Shown here: positions 37,401 to 50,965 of the stretch, piece after piece
How positions within the stretch are numbered: position 1 is the first letter of the stretch
How the letters are laid out: each line of letters begins with the position of its first letter
From: Hydrolagus colliei
Taxonomy: Eukaryota
Assembly (NCBI GenBank): GCA_035084275.1
Contig: CM068755.1
Coordinates: 8,680,001-8,744,000, forward strand
Reading direction: 5' to 3'
Length of the DNA stretch: 64,000 nucleotides
The notes under the pieces: generated by a model
Databases searched by the model: none
Seen by the model: only the letters and a program-made list of their open reading frames with translations
Told to the model about the DNA's origin: nothing
Position numbers and translations under genes: made by a program

Positions 37401-40400
37401 CCCTGCCCCACTAACGGCGGCGGAGGAGCTTTTAGCTACAAATGTCTCGCTCTCTGGAACTGTCTTCCTAAATCCTGTCCCTTAGGAACAAGTTGATATT
37501 AACAACAACACATTACATTTGTATAGCGCCTTTCACAACTTACAAAACTTCTAAAAACCTCCCTTTGGTGAATCTCCTGTAAGCTAAGCATCGCCCCCTG
37601 CTGGAAGGTGTGTCTGAGTATGTCACGGGCAGGATTGGGGTTCAATACGGCTTGCCTCCTTGCCCCGGGTTATACTACCTGTCTCCTGGAGGCACGTTTA
37701 GGTGAAGCAAAGAAAGAACAATGTTCAACCTAGTACAGAACTCCCACTGTTCAGTGACACGCACAGAACAAAACGCAGTGTTTTACTGAAGAGATGTGGT
37801 GATGAATTAATGCCCTTATCTTTCCTGACGAACTCTTGACGGTTTCAATTAAACCTTAGCAATGGGTGCTTCCGCTCGTAGAGAAATCAGTTTATTTTCA
37901 GCCCACAGTGCATCCCCAGTGATCTGCAGTGACCTCCCCACTTCTTTGTCCTGCAGTCTGTCTCATCAATCGTCCACCGTGACATTTTATATAAAAAAGG
38001 AGCCACAGAATGCTTTAGCTGCCTATTCATAGTGGAAGGAATAAGCCAATGAGGTCAATTTAGTGCCACATTCTATACTCATCACATCAACTGTACCTGG
38101 AGGTGCTGACAATGTTACAATGGATGCTGGATCCATTCAAACATTAAGATTTTCAAGAATGAAGTGGATACATATTTGTAAAGTAAGGGTACCAAGGGAT
38201 ATGAGGCAAGGGCGGTTAATTAAGAGTTGAGATACAGATCAGGCATAATTTTTTAGAATGGCCGAACAGGCTTGAGGGACTGAAAAGCTGACTCCGGTTC
38301 TTATGTTTCTATGACAGTGTAGCAGAAATCTCAGTTAACAGGAGATCGGGTTCACTTCTCAGCAAAATGCCAGTCCCATGCTTGCCAAACCCTGGCCTGA
38401 TCCTTTGCTTATACAAACTCCCCACCAGCAGCTTGCAGCAGAGCTGCTCTGGAAAGTGATCAGGGCAGGAATCCTGGCCAATCTGCTCCTCTATAACTCA
38501 GGTCAGCCCTAATTCGACCTTCCCTTAGACCAGCTAACGCAGCGTAGACCAGGGGATTCGACTGTATGACCTTTTGGTTTATACTGCCCAACGCTGCACC
38601 ATTATCAGTGTCACCCACTCATTCATAGGGGAATTCCATTTATTTTCTTCCTTGATCACAAGAACAGCGTCCCCATACTCACTGCTTCTGACCGACTCTG
38701 AGAAAGGATCCCGCTCCACAGATGCAGCCTCGTTCCGAGATTCTCTTATCTTTAAGCGCAACAGAAATGAAGTAAAAATCTGAATTAGCAAACCTTTTGG
38801 CAGCTCATTGTAACACTCAGACACACACACAACCAATAACAACACTTGCCTTTAATACAGCGCTTTATCACAACGTCTCAAAGCACTCCACAGTGAGGGA
38901 CGTTTGAAGGCTGCCGACAGATACGACACAGCTGTTCTACATCCCAGCATCTCACATGAGGCGATGAGATGAACGATAATCATGTGTTTCTTTTGGTTAA
39001 TTTGAACAAGCAGGGAATATTGGCCAAGACACCAGAGGAACTCCCTGTTCTTCCAAACAGCACCACGGGATTTTTAACATCTATTTGTGCCACCAAAACA
39101 CACAGAGGAAACCTTGGTTGAAAGGCTCATCTGCTAATATTGCTCTCCCCAAGTACAGTACCACAGGATAAGGCCAGCTTAGACGGTGAGATCAAGCCCA
39201 AGAACCAAAGACATTTACAGCGCAGAGGGATGGCCACTCAGTCCATTATGCGTGTGCTGGTTCATTGACAGAGCAAACCGTTCAGACCCATTTATCTGTC
39301 TTTTCCTCATAATCTGCAAATGGTTCCTTTATTGTGTTTCTGTCTAGTTACCTATTGACAGTGGGGGGGGGGGGGGAGTTGAGCTAAAATACAAAGTTAA
39401 CATCAAGCAAACCTTCAGCTGTTCTTTCAGGCCTTCTGCTCTCTTCATTAGACTTTTAATCTGCCAACATATCAAAAAGCTAAATTAGAAAGTGTACATT
39501 GAAGCACTGGCATCTCAACAAACTGTCAAGATTCTGTTAATTACTCAATTTAGGGGCAAAATTTAAATTCCATCCCCCTGAACCAATGAATAATGGTAAC
39601 GTGAATATCCAACTGAAAAGTCTTGGCCACTGCTACCTTGGATTTATTGTTAGGGCCACATTTGAGCTCTATTAAGCCATTATCCCCCTTTCTTTCCAAG
39701 TTTACTTCCGTGAGTTAGGAAAGGCTAGTATTTAGGAATCATGTCCACTGAGTCCGAATCCATGATGTCAGCAACCGGAGTTTGTCAACTGGGTTTGGCG
39801 TTACTATGTAATTTTGTTGTTGTACTGTTATTCAGAAGTTGGAGGGGGAAGGAAAAAGGGTACTTCAAAACACAATTCACATTTCGTAAATAAGAAATGC
39901 AATGCGTGATCAATTTTGACCTTCTGTCGGACAATTCAATCTACTCTTGTGTGTAGGTTAAACAGTAATTTCCACTCACCTCAGCATGCAGAAGTTCCCT
40001 TCTTTTACCCTGAGGCTCAGCTGTAATTAGAGAAAGAATCCATCATTACCTTATACACACCAGTGCTCCAGTCTCCACCAGTCATGTCAAGGCTACTCCC
40101 AATGCTCTGTGGTGCCTACAAAAGACCCAGCCCAGTTAGAGTTAGGGAGAGTCTCCAAAGCTTCTGCTGCAATTCAGACAAGGTATAGTAGAGATGGCTC
40201 AGTCTTCAGAGCAGTGGCCTGGGATCGGAAAGTTTTGGGGTTTGAATCCCAGTGGAACCACCAGTTTGAGATTCATAAAATTAATTTTAAAAATAAACTT
40301 TATTGCGGAGAAGATAAGAGGATAATTCCAGGCTGATGAAAGAAATCTCTGGAAATCTATGCTTTTGTAATGGTGTGGGTTTCAAATCAAGCCTGCAAAT

Positions 40401-43400
40401 AAAGACCATTTTGTCAGTGAATCTCATTTGGCTTTTTGCGGTAAATGACAAATGAACAGAACATATTCTTACACCACAGTCACCAGGGTCCCACCAGTGC
40501 ATAATGATCCCACCCTGGAGGGGGCTGTATAATGGATAATACTTTCAGATCACATACCTTCCCCTCCCCAGTAATTTCACCTACCAGCCAGAATGAGTAA
40601 CAATACATCAAGGCTTTGCTGATACAGTTCCAGAGTATCGCCAGAGTCAAAGCCTTCTTCTTCCTGTAGGAATGACGGGGAGGACGTCCGGGAGGATGGA
40701 ATAAAAAGGAACATTATTGAGCCCATCAATTCTTCTCCTTGCATAAACCAAGAACATAGTCTGTTTCAAAGAAGTCATTCAATACAGATACAAATGATAC
40801 AGATACAATCAATACAGATCCTATGGCAGTTGTGGCCATCTACTATGTAGAAAAAGGAAGTTCCTTCTAGCATCGGGTCTCACTGGCTCGGCCTGGAGAG
40901 CGTTATATAAATCAAAGTTGTAGTTGTTGTTTATGAGGGTAAAGTTGTACGTAACCCTTGGCCCACCCTGCCCTCCCCTTCCCCTCCCAGCTGACCTGTG
41001 CAGCAGCAGCAGACGCCATCTCGAGGGCGGTGAACAGCTGTGGTTTGTCCTTGTACATTTCTGAAACAAGAATGAAAATGTTACAAGTTCATGAAGTAAG
41101 GACTGAATATCATAAGGTTGCGCCTATGGAATTCTGGATAGAGCTGCAGTTTATGGACCAGTGGTTGGCTAGTTCAAATCCTGGTCCATGCTGAGTTTGC
41201 TGGTCTTAAACCCATGGGGTTGGATGGAGAGATTAAAGTGATCCCAGCCTTCCCAGGGTTAGAGAGAGGAGAGTCAGCAGGATCCCTCAACCTTCTCCAG
41301 TTCCATGCACTGGTTATGCATCTGTGGTAACCAATGAGGTGAGGTTAGGCCCTCTACAATTGTGAGGCTTGATAACACATGAATCATGGCTATCTGGGGG
41401 GGTGTCGTTGGGCAACTAGTGTTTGAGGAACAGTGCGATATATTCACACTTCAATGGGTAATAGTGACAAAAAAAATCTGCACATTTGGAAAGCTGTGAA
41501 GGGAACATGCATTTTGTTTTTACCTTTTAAACAAACCCTGGATGATTTGGCCTGCGCCAAACTGGCCTTATTGCTCAATGCAACACGCACTTTCAGCTCC
41601 TCGGCCCTGGAGATATATTGGTTTACCTGGGAACCAAACAGAAGAGAAAGCCATATAAGTACTGTAAGGCATTGAAACTGGTTTCAGTCAAAAGAATGTA
41701 AAACCTTACAGTACCTGATATCATACTAGCCTATCGCTCAAATACATTCACCAATGCCTCGCAGGCTAACTTTAATCAAAGTCTATATATTTGATAATAG
41801 CACCTTTCACGTCGGGAGGACATCTCAGAGTGCTTCACAGGGTGAACTATAAAGCGTGCTGACTACACTTTCCCGGCGAGTCAGCAGACAGTCCTGTCAG
41901 CAATCCTGAGATATCAGCAAGAGGTTAACACACAGCGCATTCACCAAACAGCAGAAAACACAAGGCAAAGCTTGCCCTTTCTAATGGAAGCATCAATCCA
42001 GATCTGCTAACTGACACATGAAGTTTGAATCACATGAAGAAAGGCTACTATGTTGAAGCATTGGTGGGCATACGTGAACCAGGGTCCAGTGAGAGAAGCA
42101 GGACAGGAAAGGGGAAAACACAATGATTAACAACCACTGAGGCAGAAAAAGCTCCCAGTGCGTTTTGCCCTTTAGGTTTGGGAGCTGTTTTTCTTCTTCT
42201 CAATCTGGATTACTCATTAAGTGATGTTAAAGCCACCTCTATATCATTCTTTTGATTTTGAGGAGGGGAGGGGGGGGGGGGGGAAGGGAGAATGCTGCTT
42301 ATAAGCCAATGAAATTTCCAGACACCAGATATAATCTCTTTCTCACCTTTGACCTGATGACCTCCTTGCGTCGAGCGTCAGACTCATCTGGTGAATCAAT
42401 CACAAAAAAGGAGTTAAGAGGGAGTGGGTTATCCTGGAATTTCTGAGCATGTTCAAGGCCATACATAACATACCACAAAACAGGATGAAGTTTCCCCTCC
42501 CACCACCACACACACACACAGACACACACACACCAGTTCAGTCTACCTCTGGTTTACCTCTCCTAGGTAAAGCACCACTGCTAAGTGGTCATTCTTCACA
42601 TTAGCACAGTGTTACATAGGGGCATCACAGCTCAGACAATCCTGTCTTCATCTGCTCTTCCAGCAAAAAGAGAGCTGCTTGATAGCTCTCCCTTTCCAAG
42701 CCCAGTAGGCTCTGAGACCAATTCAAACCAAACCACTGGGCTGTCTGAGATCATCTGACTCAACGCAGGCCAGGGATTAAACGTAGGTCTTTCCTGGACT
42801 GTCTGGCTCAGTTCTCAATGAAATGATCCTCTCGAGGCCCAAGCACCATGGCGACTGGGACACAAAAACTTACAGTGTAAAGCGGGAATAAAGTGTTCCA
42901 GGGATTTGCAGTAATAAGAGAGAGCGCTTGCATGATCCCCCAGCTGGTCTTTCTTCACTGCTTCCAAAACGAACAAAGTCTAAAAGGAAGAAAGAACTTG
43001 CAGTTTTACAGGGCCTTTAGTAGGTGAAAATCCTTCATTGTATTTTTGGCCAAGTTCATTGATTTGTCTGTAGACGACTATAGCAGCCATTTTGCCCCCA
43101 ACAGAGTCCAACAAATGAACAACTAATGAATCGGGAAGATTTTTAGCCAGGAAAAATCACTTCTCTTCTCCATTAGTGCCGAGGGATCTTTAAAATCCAC
43201 CTGATCAGCAGACGTGACCTTGGTTTAAAGTCACATGCAAATTATGGCACCTTTGTCAGTGTAGCAACCTCTCCCACCACCCCCAGTCTCCACTGGACTG
43301 GCAGCCTACACTGCTCATGTCCCGAACTGGGACTTGAACACACTAAGTCGAGAGTTGAGATTGCTACCAACTGAGCCACGTTGACACATCAGTACAAATG

Positions 43401-46400
43401 AGGAGCGGAAGGAGGGAGGAAATCTATGCTTGTGTAAAAACTACACAAAACCCCAACAAGCCACACGGCCTTCTATCAGATATATGAGCCAGCACTGGAG
43501 TCGTGCTGATAACAATGGCTCTGCTCAAATTGAAACACCCAGCATGTAGATACCAGGATATTATCAATACACACACACACACACAAACCCAAACTCCCAT
43601 ACCGCCTGCTCAAGACTCTCAGCGTTCGGCATGTGATCCAAATCCACGAAGGGGTGAGTGAAGAATTCCTCAAAGGTGATGCGTTGTGCAGGGTCTCTCT
43701 CCAGCAGCCGGACGAGCAGATCCCTGCAGTCCGCTGAGACCCGAGCGCCAGCGGGGATCTGAAATTAAACCATTGTGTTAACATCCAAGAAACTGAGCCG
43801 CAGAGAGAGGGGGAAGAGACAGAGGAAGAAAGAGAGACAAAAAGAGCAATGTTTCAAACAATAAAGACTTCAATTTATAATAACTTTTCAAAAAAAATTG
43901 ACTTATAAAAAGAGTCACTACATTTGACAGCGATTACCTGTGAAGCACTTGGAGATTTTTCAACAGGGACTATATATAAAGGCAAGCACTACTCTTTTCC
44001 AGCTGGGCAAGTACAGAACTGTCTGAATTTCACTCCTTTTCTGCAAATCACCCGAGAGTAATTCTACCCATGTCTAGATTCATTCTATTTATGTAGCATT
44101 TTAGAGCATCTGGAATTTGGAATGCAGCCTTAACTTTGAAGTCAGTTTTTTGTAAAGACTGAATTCAACAATTTGTCCAAATCCAGGCACTCTACAGTGG
44201 ATATCCTTATAGATCTCACTCCAACTACTTACTAAAGTGTGTAGATGGAGTACAAGAACCACAACAAAATTACATTTATTACATTCAGCGCCTTGGGACG
44301 TCCTCCTGAAAGGCGCTCTATAAATGTAATTTTGTTTGTTTGTTTATAGAGCGCCTTTCACGTCGGGAGTAAAATCTATATGGACTTTAACCATGCCTTT
44401 ATCCCAACCTGATTAACACACTTCCTACTGTTCCAGAATACTTCAATCTAAGATACTGCCCCACAGATACTGCCCCAGTTGTCAGATATAGATAACTATA
44501 CCAAAAGCCTCTCCAGGGAGCATAAATATGCTCAAACAATCACACTTAAACACACTGAAAACATGGGCACAATCGCCACCTGGTGGAAGGATGTATAACA
44601 CTATCTATTCTTTTCTGGTTTATTGGGATCAAGAAACCATATTAGTTTTTAAATCAGAATTAGATAAATATAAAAGAGTCATGAGAAAACGCAGGGGTTT
44701 GGGACTAAACAGAGAGCTTTTTCAGAGAGCCAGAACAGGCTTTGTTGTGTCCTGTAAATTTCTAGAGTTCTACAGTTAGGCGATTGTTTTTAGGGGAAGA
44801 GGGTTAAAAATATATCAACCAGTTACCGCTCATGATTGACGCCTGAAGCCCCCCCAAAACCCTCCCCTCCCGTGGGACACTGCACTTGTGTGGACTTCAT
44901 GTGTGGATGGCATTGGGCTCAGCTGCACCTGTCTGATCTGAGTGAGGGAAATACAAGGAACTGTCTCTGCGCTTCCCACACCTCGACTGGCTTATTGCTG
45001 CGAATCTTCGCTTCCAGTTCTGTGAATGACTTTGAGGAAAACGGTGGGCGGCCAAACAAAGCTTCTGAAACGAGATAATAATAACAATAATAATCATGAG
45101 AATCCTTGCATTCAAATTAGGGACTTATCACATCCAAACATCTCAAAAGGTTTCATAGTGGCTCCATACAGTGCCTGCAGTGACCTGTGTATTTTAGGTG
45201 AACTTGGCAGCCAATTTGCGTACCTTGCAGAGTCAGGAAGCAATCCCTTACAGGGTCAGGAGGAGAATGACAATTTTTTTCTGGAGGATTATTCGCCCAT
45301 ACACAAGGACAAATTTCTCTCTATTCAAGTAGTTTACATTGAAGATTGTTACTAAAAAGAAACAAATTGCATCAATATAGTGACTTGCACGCCAAGAGGG
45401 CATCCCAAGGCCCTGAAAGGCAGAAGTTTAACAGAAGGTTATTAGGATCTGGAATGCCCTAGAAAAAACCAGTAGGAATCAAAATATAACTGAACGAGTT
45501 AAGTATGAAGGGTGTGCAGAGACAGCCTCCACCAATTGTTCTTTCAGAGACCTGATGGGCCGATTAGCCTTCTTCTGTAAACTTTTGCAATTATTTAAGT
45601 TAAATTACTTTTCCCTTGGAGAGGGAAATACATTTGTGGTTGACCTGACTGGTTGGCAGCAATTCATCCACATATTGTTAACACAACCTCATCCTTCAAA
45701 CCAAGTCCCAATGGATAGGACAGACCCAGCTGGGCAAGTACTAGCTAAGGGATTGCCCAATAAGCTTACGCCAGTTCATCTTGATGAACTATATACAAAT
45801 TAGTGTGAGTAAGTAGCAGTCTGGTTGCTGCAATTGACTGATCCTGGGCTTGCATTGGAAATGGTTTGCATTTCTGACTCACCATATAGAATGACTCCCA
45901 ACGACCACAAATCAGCCCTGGCATCATACTGCTCCTGACACACCATCTCTGGAGCCATGTACAGAGGAGAGCCCCTCAGCACACGCTTCTCATCCCACGG
46001 GGACATGTACAATGCAAAGCCGAAGTCTGTGGAGCAAACACAACACCAGTCCCTTGAACAAAACAATTGTTTCAGCAATTCTACCTCCTTGCTCTCTTCT
46101 GATTGGATCGGATTTCACAGGTGCTCTATCATACCTTGCTCAGGTGGCCATTCTTCATGCATGAGGCTAGATAGTGAATGCTGTTGGGGGTATTTAATTG
46201 GGGTCGGGGGAGATGGCATCATTGCCATACCTTATCCCTGGGAGTGGTAGACAATCAGTGATTGGGGGGGCAGAAATGTTGGCTGATGTCTCTTCTCCCC
46301 AGCCATGGATATTTTTGTCACTTGTACGTAGGAACCAGTAACGTAAAGGACTGGAAAAGACCATCTGAACAGGAAAAAGAAAATGAATTAAACTGGCATC

Positions 46401-49400
46401 CCTCTCTTATGCCCCCTCTAGGCAAACTGTTGTCTCAAAGCACTTGATTAAGTAACCGAGCAAGGAAATAAGATCCAAAGTTCCTGGCTAAAGTCCCAGT
46501 CAAACAAATATTGTGTTAGGAGGTTTTTAAATGCTGCAAGAGAGGTGGCAACAGAACATGGGCTTGAAAATGAGGTCCAGAGGTCAGGTGCTTGGGGCTA
46601 AAGACTTACTCTGCAATGAAGGAGAGAAGGGAGTGAGCAACAGACAAGAATACGATTAAAGGTCAGGGTGCCTGAGACACTCATGATAACTCACCAGCAA
46701 GTTTGAGGTGAGGTGTGTTCATAGAACTTAGGAGAATGTTCTGTGGCTTCAGGTCAAGGTGAGAGATGTTATGCTCATGCAGATACTTTAGGGCCGAGGC
46801 TGACAAAGGGAAAAACATCAACTTAGAATCCCCTTCACAAAAGATAACACCTTGGAGCCCTTCACAATGATGTAGTCGGATGCAGAGGAAGGGTAGGTGA
46901 CCATAGATGTGGTCAGAGAGGAAGGTATTAAGGTGGGATTTAAAGATTGATACAGCGGGTGCGAGACAGAGGGATACAGGCAGGGAGCAATGCTTGGGGC
47001 ATATTCACCAAAGGCTCAGCCTTTTATGGTGACACAAAGTATTCCTCCTCTTTTTGAATAGTATCACAAGGCCTTTAATGCCAATCTGAACAAGTAGACA
47101 GTATCTCAGCTTAATCTTTCTTCCGAAAGTCAATAACTGCAACAACTGGGGCAGAAGGTTGAATGTTCAAGCTCCACGTCGAGACTTGGACTCCCAGATT
47201 CCAGTTTCTTGCTGGGGAGAGCTGCATATTGACAAACAGTGTCATGTTTTGGGTTGAGTATTTAAACCAAGGTCCCATCTGCCTGTTCATCACTTGGACA
47301 TTAACAGAACACCATTAGGAAAGAGAAGAGAGTTTTGCACAGTGTCCTGGCCTACAGTCTTCCAGATGGATTGTGTTATGTGCTTCATGACCATTTATGA
47401 CTTCCGTGTTTGCCTACAAACGACAGACCCTACACTTGAAGGAAATAACAGTGAAACACATGAGATATTTCGATGTGATACGCTGCTATAAAAAAGCAAG
47501 TTCTCTTATGAAAGTGAGTTCCCTTCTTACCGAGCTGCTGGAGGAAACGACGCACCACTCGCTCCGGGAGCATCCTGCGGCTTCGAATGAAGCGAGAGAG
47601 ATCCCCGGCAGCCGCGAACTCCATGATCAGGTATATGTTGTCACTGTCCCACTAGCAACAAGGAAGTAAGATCAAACCATTTGTTAATTGGTGGAGCCAT
47701 TTGGCTAAGAAGCTAAGACCTCACGCGCTCATCCCCCACCTCCATCTCCGCCCCAGTGGGAACACCAAGGCAGAAGGAAAATTCCTGCCCTTCTCCATTT
47801 AGGCCTCTGATTGCCTAGGAATCCCTCTAAATATTCCAGTACTCTGAAACTGTCCCACCGAGGGCAACTTTCACACGCTTTTTATCTGGAGGTCATAGAT
47901 GTGTCACCAGGCCCGACTCAATAAATGAAGGGAAGAAACCATGAAGTGGGCAGGGAAACAGCGATCCTTTTGTCGTGACCGAAAGTGAGGCAACTGGCCT
48001 GAGTCTCTGAACATCAAGTCTCAACGACGCGAAGGAAACAAGGAGCAGAAACCAGATAAGCGAGAGTAAAGATGTTGAATGCAAGTTAAAATGGGCTGCT
48101 CCCAAACACCAGTGGTCAATTACAGAGTAGGGGGAGCAGAGGCCAAGCTTTCAGTCACTTGATGAACACAGTTGACTAAGAATTACTCAATACACAGACT
48201 AACAACACCAACACAGATTTTTTCTTACAACATCTTATTATTTTTGATTAAAAGCAACTTGACCTTTTTAATCATTACCTTTCCTACAGCGTTTTAGTGC
48301 AAACAGACCTGAAAATCCTTGAGTTGTATGATGTGAGGGTGCCGGACTGTCTTGAGAATCTCAATCTCAGTCAGGAGATTCTCCACTGAAGCTTTGTTCA
48401 AACTCTTTTTACTGATGCACTTGATAGCCACAACCTCGCGATTGCTAGCCTGTTGAAATACCGAGTTGAAAAATGTGATCATTGGAAGAAATTAAACAGA
48501 TGGAACATAAGAGCATAGAGGACCATAAAAGACCATTACGGTCCATCAATATTATTATTATAAGTGGAACAATAAATAATAGGAATATAAATATTTTCTA
48601 CCTAGAAAGAGATCATTCAGCCACTATTTCTGTTTCACTGCTACATTGTCTTTCTTCTAATTCAATGATTTCCACTTTCCTGCTCTCTCCCCTTATCCCT
48701 TAAATGTTTTTGCTGCTAAGGTTTTCACATTGATTCCGTAAGTGATTGTGGAGAGAGGGCAGGGGAGCAGGCCCAATGGATAGGTTCCTTCCGAGTCCTG
48801 GTGCTTGGGAGGACGTGCCAAATGATCTCCTGCTTTGCCGTACAATTGTAATAATTCTGCAAGTGCGTTGCTCAACCATTACCCTGACATCTTTATTAAT
48901 AATTTGAACAATTTGAATCCTTGCATTTGATATAGGGCCATCTCACACCATTGAGACTTCTCAAAGCACCTCACAAGATACATTGCAAAGTGAATTGACT
49001 ATATATTCTGTGGGAAAATTAGCAGCCAACTGAACACAGCAGTGTCCCCACAAACAGTTGTGGATTGAGTGCTCACACTTTTTTAAAAAAGAAACTATTA
49101 CCCTTGGAAAGCCGTATGCTAATCGACTAACAACCAGATTCCTACTTACTACCAGGTAAACAGAGGCTTGTGGAGGAAGCAAAATTGTCTAATGTTTTGA
49201 TCTGTCCAGGTGGTCAACAACGAAGCCCTTTCACTTGCGAGGCGGGTGCTCTAACCAATATGCTACAGGACTCCACAAATTCTGTGTAACCACCAGATTA
49301 AAAAAAATAAATAAATAGGGTTTACATTGAACTTGAAACTTGTATGGGTTTGAAACAATGTGTCCTTTGTACAACAACAACAACTTGTATTTATATTACC

Positions 49401-50039
49401 CCCCCCCCCCCCCCACCCACGCCAAGCGGCATCTCAGAGCTCTTAACAATGGGAGACCCCGAGGCTAAGATAGGGGGAGGCGGAAGGTGATGAAGAGAAA
49501 GGTCTTCAAGCGCGACCTGAAGATGGGAAAAGAGAGGGGGGGTTGAGACGAAGGGGTGGAGAGACGGAGTTTTGGGGCAAAGTGGCCGAAAGCACGGGCT
49601 GGCATTGGTGGTGGCGGAGGATTCGGGGGACGAGGGGGAGGCCGGACCCAGGAGAGCCTAGGCCGCAGGTACCTGCTGCGAGGAGTGAGGAGGTTAGTGA
49701 GGTGTAGATGGGGTACAGAGGACCGGAGGGGATGTGGAAGTCGATCCATTCCGCGACAGGGAGCCAGCGCGGCTTGGCATGGACAGGGGGGGTAATCGGG
49801 GAGCGAAGTTTGGCGCTGGTGAGAACACGGATGAGATGGCGGAGGGGTTCTAAGCAATCCCTCATCTCTCTCTGGTTACGACAAAGCCCAAAGTGTACTC
49901 TATCATCCCCAGTGATGTTTCACCCCGTGTTGATCCTCACCTTCCTGTAGGCTTTGTACACACAGGCGTAGGTACCACTCCCCAGTCTCTCGGTCAGAAT
50001 AAAACCATCCAATTTGGGAGGAGCACAACCAGCAGCCAT
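34414..50039 (-). CDS. ULK3: Serine/threonine kinase ULK3 (kinase plus 2 MIT domains), complete, 471 aa
   Basis: Exons (minus): 50039-49941, 48449-48309, 47651-47531, 46799-46695, 46026-45883, 45064-44982, 43758-43603, 42979-42874, 42387-42347, 41626-41524, 41060-40996, 40663-40585, 40020-39980, 39460-39413, 38749-38683, 34430-34414. Total 1416 nt, all GT-AG and in frame. Motifs: [49 protein letters not shown]; ends SCSLQ*. Confidence 0.97.
37591..37604 (-). promoter_or_regulatory. CTCF core motif
   Basis: Reverse complement CCAGCAGGGGGCGA matches CCASYAGRKGGCR; in the last ULK3 intron. Confidence 0.6.
38120..38312 (+). mobile_element. CR1 LINE 3' end fragment
   Basis: ttcaagaatgaagtggatacatatttg..aatggccgaacaggcttgaggg..ttcttatgtttctatg is typical of a CR1 3' end. 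Confidence 0.7.
44573..44586 (-). promoter_or_regulatory. CTCF core motif
   Basis: Reverse complement CCACCAGGTGGCGA; in ULK3 intron 6. Confidence 0.6.
49373..49850 (-). mobile_element. LINE2 3' fragment in ULK3 intron 1
   Basis: Minus-strand [30 protein letters not shown] and [10 protein letters not shown]; (aac)n tail at ~49373. Confidence 0.8.
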
Positions 50040-50074
50040 CCCGGGCTCCCATCCAGACCCCCCCTCGGGGGGAG

Positions 50075-50835
50075 NNNNNNNNNNNNNNNNNNNNNNNNNN
50101 NNNNNNNNNNNNNNNNNNNNNNNNNNNNNNNNNNNNNNNNNNNNNNNNNNNNNNNNNNNNNNNNNNNNNNNNNNNNNNNNNNNNNNNNNNNNNNNNNNNN
50201 NNNNNNNNNNNNNNNNNNNNNNNNNNNNNNNNNNNNGGGGGGGGAGTGTGTGTATGTGTGTGTGGTGGGGGGGAGTGTGTGTATGTGTGTGTGGGGGGGG
50301 GGAGTNNNNNNNNNNNNNNNNNNNNNNNNNNNNNNNNNNNNNNNNNNNNNNNNNNNNNNNNNNNNNNNNNNNNNNNNNNNNNNNNNNNNNNNNNNNNNNN
50401 NNNNNNNNNNNNNNNNNNNNNNNNNNNNNNNNNNNNNNNNNNNNNNNNNNNNNNNNNNNNNNNNNNNNNNNNNNNNNNNNNNNNNNNNNNNNNNNNNNNN
50501 NNNNNNNNNNNNNNNNNNNNNNNNNNNNNNNNNNNNNNNNNNNNNNNNNNNNNNNNNNNNNNNNNNNNNNNNNNNNNNNNNNNNNNNNNNNNNNNNNNNN
50601 NNNNNNNNNNNNNNNNNNNNNNNNNNNNNNNNNNNNNNNNNNNNNNNNNNNNNNNNNNNNNNNNNNNNNNNNNNNNNNNNNNNNNNNNNNNNNNNNNNNN
50701 NNNNNNNNNNNNNNNNNNNNNNNNNNNNNNNNNNNNNNNNNNNNNNNNNNNNNNNNNNNNNNNNNNNNNNNNNNNNNNNNNNNNNNNNNNNNNNNNNNNN
50801 NNNNNNNNNNNNNNNNNNNNNNNNNNNNNNNNNNN
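50075..50835. other. Assembly gaps (N 50075-50236 and 50306-50835) around a G/GT-rich repeat at the ULK3 5' end
   Basis: Runs of n; the island 50237-50305 is a gggggagtgtgtgtatgtgtgtgtg repeat. Confidence 0.99.
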
Positions 50836-50879
50836 CCTGGAGTAGACTGACCCAGGAGTCACACTCTCCCGCTGCCTCC

Positions 50880-50965
50880 CCTTTCACTTTCCTTCCCTCC
50901 GCCCCCAGCCACACAGACTGACTGCTTCCCTCGTTACCATCTAACTCTTCCGGGGGAAATAGCCG
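50880..50965 (-). promoter_or_regulatory. Probable ULK3 promoter
   Basis: GC box ctccgccccc (~50897), X-box-like gttaccatctaac (50933-50945) and ETS core cttccgg (~50947), upstream of the first coding exon. Confidence 0.5.

Noticed and set aside
49893-50921. Long ORFs spanning 50-51 kb
   Set aside because: Artefacts of N runs.
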